Of a stretch of DNA of 64,000 nucleotides, positions 48,542 to 57,730 are shown in pieces; the stretch's first letter is position 1; each line of letters opens with the position of its first letter. The notes below the pieces were generated by a model. It searched no databases. It saw only the letters and a list, made by a program, of their open reading frames with translations, and had not been told where the DNA came from. Origin of the DNA: a virus (Duplodnaviria; Caudoviricetes); IMG/VR virus record IMGVR_UViG_3300020596_001154, positions 848-64,847 of that record. One strand, written 5' to 3'. The translations under genes and the position numbers were made by a program.

Positions 48542-49118
48542 AATCTCGACCAAGTTAAGTGAGAAGAAGATTCTCTCCGATCAACTCTCTGACATAGATC
48601 GAGAGATTAAGAACCTATCTACCCGCACTATCAACTACAATAAGGCCGCAGCATTCTGTGATGTACTCATTGAGAAAATGAATGCCGCTTCAGTAGAAGA
48701 CATCGAGAAGCTAGTCACAGAAACTTTGCAGTTTATTTTTGAGAGACCTTATGAATTCACCATGAAGCCTCATGTAAGCCGGGGATCTGTTACGTATAAC
48801 TTCGGTTTAAAGATTGATGATAGGGAAATAGACAATATTATGGATAGCGAAGGGGGGGGCATTGTCTCAGTCATCTCGATTATCATGAGGATTGTTACTA
48901 TCTTAATCACAGACCCTCCCATGAATAGATTACTAGTGCTAGACGAAAGTCTCGGGATGCTATCAGCCCAGTACATTGATAACGCTGCTCGATTCATAAA
49001 GCAATTGGGAAGTAAATTAGGATTTAAAATAGTCCTCGTGACGCACCAAGAAGAGTTTAAGACCCACGCTGATGTGGTCTATGAAGTTACAAAGGGCGAA
49101 GTGAGGCTTACCAAATGA
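48498..49118 (+). CDS. SbcC/Rad50 (gp46-like) C-terminal half
   Basis: Coiled-coil, signature SEGGG, Walker B LVLDE, H-loop VTHQ; no Walker A. Confidence 0.8.
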   Translation: MEMVMESKLNLLQSKISTKLSEKKILSDQLSDIDREIKNLSTRTINYNKAAAFCDVLIEKMNAASVEDIEKLVTETLQFIFERPYEFTMKPHVSRGSVTYNFGLKIDDREIDNIMDSEGGGIVSVISIIMRIVTILITDPPMNRLLVLDESLGMLSAQYIDNAARFIKQLGSKLGFKIVLVTHQEEFKTHADVVYEVTKGEVRLTK

Positions 49119-49273
49119 GCTTGAGTGGAATACTAGGCGCGTTTAACCTCGATCTTGAGTCTGACTCGACTCCTGTAAGCTGTAAGGCGGGGCCGGCCCA
49201 CTACTTGAGTCTGTGGGAAATAACTGACAATAACTACAAGAGACTAGTTTGGCTTTTACATGGCACCAATTAA
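49115..49273 (+). CDS. Microprotein family member 4 (52 aa)
   Basis: MSLSGILGAFNLDL...LVWLLHGTN; ATGA overlap. Confidence 0.55.
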   Translation: MSLSGILGAFNLDLESDSTPVSCKAGPAHYLSLWEITDNNYKRLVWLLHGTN

Positions 49274-50024
49274 AAAAGTAATTCTCAGTTACTCTAAAGT
49301 ATCGACGTACAAGTGCCCTCGTAAGTACATGTATCAATATGTACAACGCATGCCTAAAAAAGACAATGGTCGATTCTCATTACCTGGTCGCGCAATACAA
49401 AAGCTCTTCGAATTATTTGTAAACTCGAAACAATTTAGCAATGGGTCTAAATGGCTTTATGAAAATGTGGCTGTTGTTTTCTACAATGAGTACAAACGGT
49501 ATGAAGCCACTACAACTTTCTTAAAGGGTGAAGAGTATGAGGATGTTCTTCATGAAGTAGTTGACATGATTCCTAATTGCTACGATTTATTTATTAAAAA
49601 GAAATGGAACTACGGGAAGATCTCTAGTGAGATTCGATTTCAAACAGACCTCACTGGGTCTATATCTCTTATGGGGGATATGGACTTTCTGATTGAGACT
49701 AAAACTGAAACAATTTTAATGGACTTTAAGTCAACGGCCAAAGGTCTAAGTGGTATAGACAAAGAACAGCTTCTGATCTACAACCACCTTTATAAATCTA
49801 AGTACGGAAAGTATCCCGATCAAACCTATTTCTTTTTATGTCGTGATAATCAACTAGTCAGAGTGACTATTAAAGACGATGAGATGGAAGCCCTGATTAG
49901 TAAGCTTGTTAAGGTAGGCGAGGGTATCCAGAATGAGGACTACCATAAGGTCCCAAGCAAAGAGAACTGCGGCTGGTGTCCGTACAAGAAGTCTTGCTTT
50001 GCACCGGAGAAACCACCATGGTAA
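49260..50024 (+). CDS. PD-(D/E)XK (RecB/Cas4-like) exonuclease
   Basis: LSYSK..CPRKY, GDMD..DFKS, QLLIY, CGWCPYKKSC. Confidence 0.85.
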   Translation: MAPIKKVILSYSKVSTYKCPRKYMYQYVQRMPKKDNGRFSLPGRAIQKLFELFVNSKQFSNGSKWLYENVAVVFYNEYKRYEATTTFLKGEEYEDVLHEVVDMIPNCYDLFIKKKWNYGKISSEIRFQTDLTGSISLMGDMDFLIETKTETILMDFKSTAKGLSGIDKEQLLIYNHLYKSKYGKYPDQTYFFLCRDNQLVRVTIKDDEMEALISKLVKVGEGIQNEDYHKVPSKENCGWCPYKKSCFAPEKPPW

Positions 50025-50119
50025 ATGAAGTGCTCACAAAATTCGGTCTGTATTATATTGACTATGGTCAAGATTACCTTCAAGTCGGAGTGCTCCTCAG
50101 GTTTACTAAAAAAATTTAG
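50018..50119 (+). CDS. Microprotein family member 5 (33 aa, possibly truncated)
   Basis: MVNEVLTKFGLYY...VGVL; overlaps nuclease stop. Confidence 0.45.
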   Translation: MVNEVLTKFGLYYIDYGQDYLQVGVLLRFTKKI

Positions 50120-50171
50120 ACTTTGAAATCCATCAAATTTTTCCTCGCCCAATTTTTTTCAAAAAGGTTTT

Positions 50172-51278
50172 TTATACATTCTCAATAGATTTTTGAGTTT
50201 GTTCTGGCAATACCTGACCACACTCAGTGCAAGTGCTTGATAAATCATGTATTTTATGCTGTAATTCTAGATATTCCTTCTTTATAACAGAAACATCATC
50301 ATACTGAACGTTTTTGATCAATACCCTGTACTTCTCTAGGTCAGCCATAAGCTCAAGAGCCCTCATCAACTTAGAAGTATCTGGAATATCCTGTACTACC
50401 CTAGACCCAACTGCCTCCAGCAGCTTTATTAACCTACTAGGATCTTCTGGCCTCTTATAGTCTGGCGTTAGCTGGCAATACTCAGACAAGATTATCAATT
50501 TACTAGGGTTTTCCGGTCTACTAGGTAAAGGTGTTAGCTGGCAATACTCAGACAAGATTATCAATTTACTAGGGTTTTCCGGTCTACTAGGTAAAGGTGT
50601 TAGCTTATACTGTCGATTACTCTCTATAAGCTCTTCCACTCTACTTAAGTCCTTTGATAGCTTCTCAATCTGTGATCGACTCTCTAGGATGCTCTGTAAG
50701 CGACTATTCAACCCTTCAGGGTCTCCTAGATCCACTAACTTAGTTTGGATAGCCTCACGGTCAATCTGGCGAATAGAGAGTGTAGATGCCATCTCTGAGC
50801 TATCCTTGGCTATTCGAGACTTAGCTGATTTAACCTTCCCTGCCTGGGATAGAGAGGAAAGCAGCTTAGAGACTTCAGAATCACTAAAAGATACAAGAAA
50901 GGGTGAATCCCATTGCTGTGAAATGTTTACGTAATATTTCTTTTTATCTACCTCAATAGGCTGGAAGCCTAGGTCTGCAATTTGCTGCAGTTGATCTCTG
51001 CCGATTGCCCGAAGCTCGGGGCCGCCATTAATTGAGTATCCTGTGCTTGAATCTCGTAAGTACTTGATTTTATTGCCGTCATCCAGCTCTAGTTCGATTT
51101 CCAGGCTTTTGGCACCATGTCTTATAAAGCTTTTAGAGGGGATATTATAAAGTAGGGTCTTAAAGGCACGTACAATAGCAGTCTTTCCTGATGAAGAGTG
51201 ACCGACTATCACAGTAAAGGGCTGTATGTCTAATACAGACTCTTTGTGGCTCTGAAAGTTTTTAAGTGTTAGTTTCAT
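50172..51278 (-). CDS. SbcC/Rad50 (gp46-like) N-terminal half
   Basis: LKNFQSH, Walker A GHSSSGKT, Q-loop, coiled-coil, zinc hook CTECG at C-terminus. Confidence 0.85.
   Translation of the reverse strand: MKLTLKNFQSHKESVLDIQPFTVIVGHSSSGKTAIVRAFKTLLYNIPSKSFIRHGAKSLEIELELDDGNKIKYLRDSSTGYSINGGPELRAIGRDQLQQIADLGFQPIEVDKKKYYVNISQQWDSPFLVSFSDSEVSKLLSSLSQAGKVKSAKSRIAKDSSEMASTLSIRQIDREAIQTKLVDLGDPEGLNSRLQSILESRSQIEKLSKDLSRVEELIESNRQYKLTPLPSRPENPSKLIILSEYCQLTPLPSRPENPSKLIILSEYCQLTPDYKRPEDPSRLIKLLEAVGSRVVQDIPDTSKLMRALELMADLEKYRVLIKNVQYDDVSVIKKEYLELQHKIHDLSSTCTECGQVLPEQTQKSIENV
50467..50604. repeat. Perfect 66-bp tandem duplication in SbcC-N
   Basis: Encodes LTPLPSRPENPSKLIILSEYCQ twice. Confidence 0.9.
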
Positions 51279-51415
51279 ACTAAATTAATATAGTGCCCAA
51301 TTATCCAAATATAGCTAGCAGAGTTTTCATCGTATAAGCCAAGACTTCTGGAGTCTTTTAGTTTCCAAGTTAAGTATTCTAAGTTAAAAATACGAAGTGT
51401 TTCAACTACCGACAT
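51275..51415 (-). CDS. Microprotein family member 6 (46 aa)
   Basis: MSVVETLRIFNLEY...GLY...YIWIIG; ATGA overlap with SbcC-N. Confidence 0.6.
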   Translation of the reverse strand: MSVVETLRIFNLEYLTWKLKDSRSLGLYDENSASYIWIIGHYINLV

Positions 51416-52352
51416 AAGACTCCAATATCTCTCGTACTTCAGGCTCAAGATCAGACTCTTTTATAAGAGTATTTATGTCTAGCTGTGTAGAATCCCGCAT
51501 GGATTGAACTCGTTCTAAGAAACCTTTAAGCTCGTCTTTTTTCTCCGATTTAATTTCCCTTTTCCAGTCTTTAAAGATGTCCGATTTTATTTGTATGGGT
51601 AAATACTCCGTTGAAATAGTGGATTTGCCGGCTGAATCCCATGCCACTGTTATAAGAGTAATCTGAGGTACTCGGTCAATTTCTTCAGACGCTGTGTTTG
51701 TACGTCTGAAAGCTCCTGGCTGAACAAAAATCTGCCCTTTACTGTTTATCATCTGCGGGAGACTAGTGTGCTCATGCCCATTACAGAATAGATTTACGTT
51801 AGATTGTGTAAATTCCTCTATGCCTAGTCTGTCTTCACTGTAGAACTTGCCTGACTTTAAACCTATCATCATATGTATGAGCCCTATAAGAGGCGCATCT
51901 TGTTCTGGGTTTATCGCAGAAAATCGACTCATATCAGTAGTGTACGAGTGGTCGAATCCCGCTATTCCGACTCTATTCTGGCCGTTTTGGGTTGATACAT
52001 ACTGTGGAATATTAGTTGCTCTAGTTAAAATCCCGGATTCAAACATAAACTTTAAAGGGTGATTGTCGATAGAGTTAAGGGAGGTATCGTGGTTTCCTGC
52101 GATTGCAAAAACCTGTAGACCAAGCAGTTTGATATGTTGTGCCGCTTTTATGGAAGTTTCATAAGAAATTTTGGTTCCATGCTTTGAGTCGAATAAATCT
52201 CCCGAAATTAAAACCGCAGCTACATTATACTGATCACAGTATTTCCTGACTTGCTGGAATTTGCCAGAAAGGGTCTCCATGATATCGTCTACCCGGTAAC
52301 TGTTAGAACCCGTCCAGTGTATATCAGTCAAATGTACGAAACTTATTTTCAT
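51402..52352 (-). CDS. SbcD/Mre11 (gp47-like) nuclease
   Basis: TDIH, GDLFD, GNHD, GHEH, QPGAF.R. Confidence 0.85.
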   Translation of the reverse strand: MKISFVHLTDIHWTGSNSYRVDDIMETLSGKFQQVRKYCDQYNVAAVLISGDLFDSKHGTKISYETSIKAAQHIKLLGLQVFAIAGNHDTSLNSIDNHPLKFMFESGILTRATNIPQYVSTQNGQNRVGIAGFDHSYTTDMSRFSAINPEQDAPLIGLIHMMIGLKSGKFYSEDRLGIEEFTQSNVNLFCNGHEHTSLPQMINSKGQIFVQPGAFRRTNTASEEIDRVPQITLITVAWDSAGKSTISTEYLPIQIKSDIFKDWKREIKSEKKDELKGFLERVQSMRDSTQLDINTLIKESDLEPEVREILESYVGS

Positions 52353-52918
52353 AACAAACCCTCTATAAACGAGTTTAACTGAGACTTTAGGGATTCGTCA
52401 AGACCCTTTTGAAGCATTCCGTTCGGGTCTTTTTCACCCTTTAGCCGAAAGTTGTAGATATTGTATCTTAGGCCAAATTTCTCTAGCACTTTCTCAGCTG
52501 CTTTCTGACCCGCTTGGTCGTTATCAAAGAACAGTACAAATTTATCAGTATATCTGCTGAAAATCTTTAAGTGGCTCTCATTCAACCGAGCGGAAAGAAC
52601 TGAAAAGGATAGGAATCCCAATTTCTCTAGTGATAACGTGTCGATAGGCGCTTCTGTAATTACAATAGGCTTACCAAAGAAGGCTTGTTTTAGGTTCTCT
52701 GCATTATAAATAGCGGGGCTCTCAGCTTCTTTTAAAAGGTATATGTACTTAGGGTCTTGGCCTGGACGGTACTCTAACTGCCCTCTGAAATGACTGTATT
52801 CATCCTTCAAGGGGATGCTGATACAGAATCTGGACGAATGGTAGACGATCTCATGCCTTTTTAGCTGGTCTTCGTCTAGTTTTCGGTCGTTTATTAGATG
52901 TAGAAGCTGTTCGTTCAT
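52349..52918 (-). CDS. Primase Toprim catalytic domain, stand-alone
   Basis: PKY, ITEAPID, FDNDQAGQKA, KDPN; no Zn-finger. Confidence 0.8.
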   Translation of the reverse strand: MNEQLLHLINDRKLDEDQLKRHEIVYHSSRFCISIPLKDEYSHFRGQLEYRPGQDPKYIYLLKEAESPAIYNAENLKQAFFGKPIVITEAPIDTLSLEKLGFLSFSVLSARLNESHLKIFSRYTDKFVLFFDNDQAGQKAAEKVLEKFGLRYNIYNFRLKGEKDPNGMLQKGLDESLKSQLNSFIEGLL

Positions 52919-53352
52919 TTCTTCTTGTCTTTAAGCTTTTGCCTGGCTTTGTCTTGGGCATTTCTAAAATTCTTATATAATTCGGGGTTAGTCTGCTTAA
53001 CCTTCTCAGCCTTTACTCTTGCCGCTTCTTTTTTGGCCTCTTTGCCGGCATCGAAATCCTTCTTAAGATCTAGGTCTGCTGCGCTGATAAAATACTCCGG
53101 TGGTTTCGTAAACTCTCGTGACAGCTCATATTCAGAAGGCATACCTAACTCAGCGTTTGACTGCGGAACATCATAATTATTCTTAAACGCTGCACCTTTT
53201 ATAACTATACCGGGAGCTGCGTACACACGCTCTGTTTCCACACCACATTGCGTATCAGCATTTCTACATATGGGATTAGCCTTCGGCTTCATAGCAGAAA
53301 TGATCTCTATTTGATCAGAGCACACGATACACTGGAACGTAAACTTAGGCAT
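52915..53352 (-). CDS. FmdB-type zinc-ribbon protein
   Basis: MPKFTFQCIVC..C..CG..ERV..IKG. Confidence 0.6.
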   Translation of the reverse strand: MPKFTFQCIVCSDQIEIISAMKPKANPICRNADTQCGVETERVYAAPGIVIKGAAFKNNYDVPQSNAELGMPSEYELSREFTKPPEYFISAADLDLKKDFDAGKEAKKEAARVKAEKVKQTNPELYKNFRNAQDKARQKLKDKKK

Positions 53353-53683
53353 TTTCCGCAGACTCTGCCTTAGCTTTGCGAGGTTTTTTAGAGGAGATTG
53401 AGACTGGCTCGTTAGCTGCTTCTTTTACAGGAGCTAGAGCGGGAGTAAACTTGTCTTTTAGTCCTGAATTTCTAATCTGTGCTCTAAGAGAGTCCATAGT
53501 TGTAGGATTATAGTCTTGTCGGCCCAGTAATCGGTTCATCATATTCGAAAGCTCGAAAATATTGGGCAGTGAATCCTTTAGTCCAGGCGAGAGTAAAAAT
53601 AATTCTACGAACTCAGCTATAAGTTTATTCACATCTGCTGATGTCAGTTCGACCGTGTAGTTAATGTGTTTTTCACCGTTCAT
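53345..53683 (-). CDS. Hypothetical protein
   Basis: Coupled ORF with GGAGG RBS. Confidence 0.55.
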   Translation of the reverse strand: MNGEKHINYTVELTSADVNKLIAEFVELFLLSPGLKDSLPNIFELSNMMNRLLGRQDYNPTTMDSLRAQIRNSGLKDKFTPALAPVKEAANEPVSISSKKPRKAKAESAENA

Positions 53684-53865
53684 TTATTACCTCCTGGGTT
53701 ATAGTACTTACTCGCAATAAAATTAATGTTCATCACAGCAAAGAATATGGCCAGTGTGAATAGTATTACCCATCCAGTATTACCGACAGCCAGGTTTATA
53801 AGAAGAAAGGGGGCTGTGATCATTAACACAAATATGTTTAAGTTTAAAATCAATCTTTTGTTCAT
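53680..53865 (-). CDS. Small 2-TM membrane protein
   Basis: Two hydrophobic helices. Confidence 0.55.
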   Translation of the reverse strand: MNKRLILNLNIFVLMITAPFLLINLAVGNTGWVILFTLAIFFAVMNINFIASKYYNPGGNK

Positions 53866-54533
53866 GGTTTCTCTTTTCTAAAAAGTTCGTACAGACTCTT
53901 GTCTAGCCTGTGGTTAAAAGTAACTCCAATTGAGTCTAGCTTCTTCTCAACTTCTTTAATAGCGGTCAGAGCCACTTCTTCGGACTCCCACTCTTCTTCA
54001 GGATCGGCTTCTACTTCAATGAACCGGCCCACTTCTTTGAAGTCCTCATTGTAGCAAATATAATAAACTAGTACCACATTATTTTTAAGCCAGTAGATCC
54101 AACACATCTTATAGATTTGAAAGTTGAACCAGTAGCCTTTCTCTTTTGCATCAGAAAGTACCTTATCTAAATCCACTGTCAATTCAATAGCAGCATTTGA
54201 AGGCTCTTTGAGTAAAGACCCCTTGTCCATTCCAATCATCTTAAGGAAGGAATTATAAGTATCAATATCAGACTTCCTACTTAAATTTATCTCGGTTCTC
54301 TCAACATTATTAGACGCGACAGTTTTGGCTTTAGATGTCAGCTCTCTTTTTGCAGAAGTAGAGCCGCTTCGGTCTCTAATAAACTGATCCTTGTTTGCAG
54401 GGTCAGTATAGTAGTGATCCCATGATCCAACTTCTAAGAATTTTTTAATCGGAAACTCTTCGAAAATCTTCTTGACCTTCAACAGACCAAGCTCATTTTT
54501 CTGATACTTAAATTCTATCTCTTTGAATTTCAT
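53862..54533 (-). CDS. CYTH / triphosphate tunnel metalloenzyme
   Basis: EIEFK (ExExK), DHYY, RDR, LTSK, RTEIN, FIEVE, SLYEL. Confidence 0.75.
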   Translation of the reverse strand: MKFKEIEFKYQKNELGLLKVKKIFEEFPIKKFLEVGSWDHYYTDPANKDQFIRDRSGSTSAKRELTSKAKTVASNNVERTEINLSRKSDIDTYNSFLKMIGMDKGSLLKEPSNAAIELTVDLDKVLSDAKEKGYWFNFQIYKMCWIYWLKNNVVLVYYICYNEDFKEVGRFIEVEADPEEEWESEEVALTAIKEVEKKLDSIGVTFNHRLDKSLYELFRKEKP

Positions 54534-54564
54534 AGTTTTATTCTTACCTAACTAGGGCCTTCTG

Positions 54565-54996
54565 TCAATTCATCAGCGGGTTTTTGATATCCTTGTGGGT
54601 CACAAACGTAGTTTTATGAGTCTTTTCAAGTACTAAGGGCTGCTGATCTACGCGGAGGTTTTGCTCCATATAGAGGGAAGTTATCAGGAATTGGTCGATA
54701 TAGGACTCTATATCTAAGTTCTGTAGCTTAGCGAGGTGCTTAGTGAACTTAGGGAGCTGTAATGTAATTGTCGTACTGAAGGTATCCGCGTCTTTCAAGG
54801 ATAGATGCGGGAACTTCATGGGCTGCATCTTCCCAAGCTGATATAGTTCCTTTGCGTAAGAAAATTTTCGCTTCAATGGATTTAATTTTTGAAGGAATTT
54901 AAACATTAAAGATACCTTACTTTCTCTAAAGTGAGCCATGGTTTCAGACTCACCAAGACTCGCCCTTCTTATTAGGCATATGGATAGTGACTCCAT
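54565..54996 (-). CDS. Hypothetical protein
   Basis: ORF in operon; start uncertain. Confidence 0.45.
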   Translation of the reverse strand: MESLSICLIRRASLGESETMAHFRESKVSLMFKFLQKLNPLKRKFSYAKELYQLGKMQPMKFPHLSLKDADTFSTTITLQLPKFTKHLAKLQNLDIESYIDQFLITSLYMEQNLRVDQQPLVLEKTHKTTFVTHKDIKNPLMN

Positions 54997-56230
54997 AGGG
55001 AGCTTTAGCCCTTGAGTTCATTACCCATAGACTCTGATAGGTCACAAGGTCTTTGTTTGGGAAGTCACCATAACCGTCTGTGAGCATGATTACAGCGTTA
55101 AACCGCCCTTCCAGGGCCTTCTCATGCACAGGCACGAAACTCGTGCCTCCTGAGGTTGATCTGGCCCGATGGAAGCCGTTGAATTTATAGTAGTTTGTAA
55201 TCCTTGTATCAAAAGCAGCTACCCATATCTCTACACCTTGGCCATGGATCGCGTAGATCTCGTTCATTGCTTCCGCCCACTCACCATCTGTATAGGAGCC
55301 GGACTCATCAAGACCCACTAGGATCCTAAGCTTCGGCTGCTTCTTAAACCCTGGTAGTTCTCCTGGGAATCGTCTATTGACCTTCTTCCAGTTATTGTGG
55401 CGGTCTGTGGATATAAGGCTATGTACAAACTGTCTTAATATAGTAACCCAAGGCAAGGCTTTCTTCTTTTCAAGATCTACCATGAAGGCTGTGATCTCGC
55501 CTGGAAGGCGTCCTCTGGTTCGACTCTCAGCTTCTTTCAGAGCATTATACACAATATTATCAACTAGATCTGGATCTTTTAGGCTTTCCTCAAAGTAACT
55601 GTGATCACTCTCAACAAGAGGACCACCACCACTTCCAGTGGAATTCATCCCGAGATTTTCCATCAACTCACTGTTCGATATAAGGGATATATAGTACTTG
55701 ATCCAATCCTCGCCTTGTTTTTGGTCGAAAAATTCTGGGAATACAAAGCCACCACTCTTAAGAATCTCTTCCAATTTACCAGACAACTCCTTTTTGGCGT
55801 CTTCTGTCTTAGCAGTCTTAATCTGGTCCATAACACCCTTAGCTGCCATTACAGTGCTAAGACCTTGTTTAGGATCATCTTTTAAGGCTTGGTTGAAGCT
55901 ATTAATCTCTGCGTCTACCGCGTAGTTAAACACCATCATGTTAGCTGGCTTTTTGAGCTTCGAGGAATATTGTTCATGAGCTTTTTGCTGAAACTGTTGG
56001 ATATGTCTTCGTACAATATGTTGGAATTCATGTTCAATTACGCCAGCTTGAGTCTTTAGAGGCATTTCAGAAAGCATCTTCTGATTCAGGACCATCTCTA
56101 AAGTGTTCTTGACTAGTACACAGGCTGGGTATTCGATCTTATTATCTACCCTGATTTTGCAGCTTCTAAACAAGTTAGCATAGAAGGGGCTTCTTTTTAG
56201 GAGTTCAAACGCGATTTCATCGACAAACAT
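54950..56230 (-). CDS. DUF2201-type metallopeptidase plus VWA domain
   Basis: HEFQH..H zincin motif, N.A.D.EIN, MIDAS DESGS, GGTSF, LTDGY. Confidence 0.85.
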   Translation of the reverse strand: MFVDEIAFELLKRSPFYANLFRSCKIRVDNKIEYPACVLVKNTLEMVLNQKMLSEMPLKTQAGVIEHEFQHIVRRHIQQFQQKAHEQYSSKLKKPANMMVFNYAVDAEINSFNQALKDDPKQGLSTVMAAKGVMDQIKTAKTEDAKKELSGKLEEILKSGGFVFPEFFDQKQGEDWIKYYISLISNSELMENLGMNSTGSGGGPLVESDHSYFEESLKDPDLVDNIVYNALKEAESRTRGRLPGEITAFMVDLEKKKALPWVTILRQFVHSLISTDRHNNWKKVNRRFPGELPGFKKQPKLRILVGLDESGSYTDGEWAEAMNEIYAIHGQGVEIWVAAFDTRITNYYKFNGFHRARSTSGGTSFVPVHEKALEGRFNAVIMLTDGYGDFPNKDLVTYQSLWVMNSRAKAPYGVTIHMPNKKGESW

Positions 56231-56243
56231 ACACCCTCCAGCT

Positions 56244-56432
56244 TTAAAAATCGTAGGTCTTTTTAAGAACTACTTTCTTTTCTTTCCCGCATTTCACACA
56301 AGAAAGATTCCTCGTTTCGTGCAGAACTTGGGAGGTTCTAGAGCCATTTTGCACTCTAGAAAAACCTCCCTTCTGCTTATATAGATGACGACATAAGGAG
56401 CGGCTCAATAGAAACATGAATCCAGTCCACAT
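56244..56432 (-). CDS. Small Zn-finger-like protein
   Basis: CxH..CxKCG. Confidence 0.45.
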   Translation of the reverse strand: MWTGFMFLLSRSLCRHLYKQKGGFSRVQNGSRTSQVLHETRNLSCVKCGKEKKVVLKKTYDF

Positions 56433-57730
56433 TAAACGCCCTTTTGAGCATTTATAAAGGAGTCGATTTCAGAAGATTCTTCTTGAATTCTCCCATATAG
56501 GTTCATGTGAGTTGTAGAAACATTGCCCCATAGATATAGCATAACTAATTGATGGGCGTTAGCTCTGTCTAGATTATCCTTCACAGAAGCTTCGTTAACG
56601 ATGATCTTATGGGTCATATAGTTATACGAGAACTGATAGAAATAATCTTTAGGTAATTGACCTAAGAAGTCGATTAAATTCGAGAACTTAGTCTTATCTA
56701 GTAGTCGTTCAAAGTGTTCTTTTACTTCGGCAACTCTAACCTTTTTAAGCGTGGAATCTTCACTGTCGATATCATTTACGTAACCTGTAAAGGTTATTTG
56801 AGTTCTCAGTTTTTCAACTAAGCCAATGATTCCAGTCAATATAGTATTAACACTCTGTGAGACTAGATCTTCTCGACCTTCTTTACGAAACTCAGCAAAC
56901 TTAGTCTTATTCTGGTCCCAAGAATCGAACACATCTTCGAAAGATAGTGGCTTCTCTTGAGAGTCCATAAAAGCTAGATAACTTGCAGCTGCTTCTCTTC
57001 CTAAAGTCGAGGACAAGATATCACTAATGATCTCAGAGTCAGTTAATGACTTAGGATCAATAAGCTCGGCAGCTCTAAATAACTTAGACGCCATTTCCTG
57101 TGTTCTAGGCGTAGGTTCGATTGGAATGCCTGTCTCTAATTTCTTAGATAATCCCATATGTTCATTTTGAAATTCCATGAACCGTAATAAATCTTTATGG
57201 AAAATACCTGATTCTTTTCCGTATCTTAGAACTTCTTCAGCCTGAGGTTCAAACGGAATGATAACAAATCGTTTAATAAAGGCAGAACTCATGACGTTAG
57301 CAGTGGTGTACTCAGAAGTACTAGGGTTAATAGCTGCTATGACTACTGAATCTTGGTGTAAATAGTGATTATGAACACGTTTCTCATACACTAATTGAAA
57401 TAGAGCAGACTCTACATCTCTGTTGGCCTGATTCACTTCATCTAGGAAGAGTACGATAGGGCCTTCTAGCATCCACTCAGGACGTGCCCACTTAGTGTTC
57501 TTCTCATTACTGTTAACTTTAGTGGATTCAACTAGGTAGGGGAGTCCGATAAGGTCTCCGATATCCTGTTGAGATGCCATCAACTTAATGACCGTATGGT
57601 TAGGTAGTATAGACTTGGCCGTCTGTTCAACTACAGCACTTTTACCAATCCCTGAATGCCCAATAAGCAATGCAGGAACGTTACCTTTCATGCAATACTC
57701 AAGTAGTCTTTGTGTTCTTTTGATATTCAT
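56432..57730 (-). CDS. MoxR-like AAA+ ATPase
   Basis: GHSGIGKS, DLIGLP, LFLDEVN, AAINP, PTPR; adjacent to VWA partner. Confidence 0.85.
   Translation of the reverse strand: MNIKRTQRLLEYCMKGNVPALLIGHSGIGKSAVVEQTAKSILPNHTVIKLMASQQDIGDLIGLPYLVESTKVNSNEKNTKWARPEWMLEGPIVLFLDEVNQANRDVESALFQLVYEKRVHNHYLHQDSVVIAAINPSTSEYTTANVMSSAFIKRFVIIPFEPQAEEVLRYGKESGIFHKDLLRFMEFQNEHMGLSKKLETGIPIEPTPRTQEMASKLFRAAELIDPKSLTDSEIISDILSSTLGREAAASYLAFMDSQEKPLSFEDVFDSWDQNKTKFAEFRKEGREDLVSQSVNTILTGIIGLVEKLRTQITFTGYVNDIDSEDSTLKKVRVAEVKEHFERLLDKTKFSNLIDFLGQLPKDYFYQFSYNYMTHKIIVNEASVKDNLDRANAHQLVMLYLWGNVSTTHMNLYGRIQEESSEIDSFINAQKGV

Noticed and set aside
49260-50024. Cas4 as part of a CRISPR system
   Set aside because: Solo PD-(D/E)XK nucleases with this Cys pattern are common in phage recombination modules; no array or other cas genes
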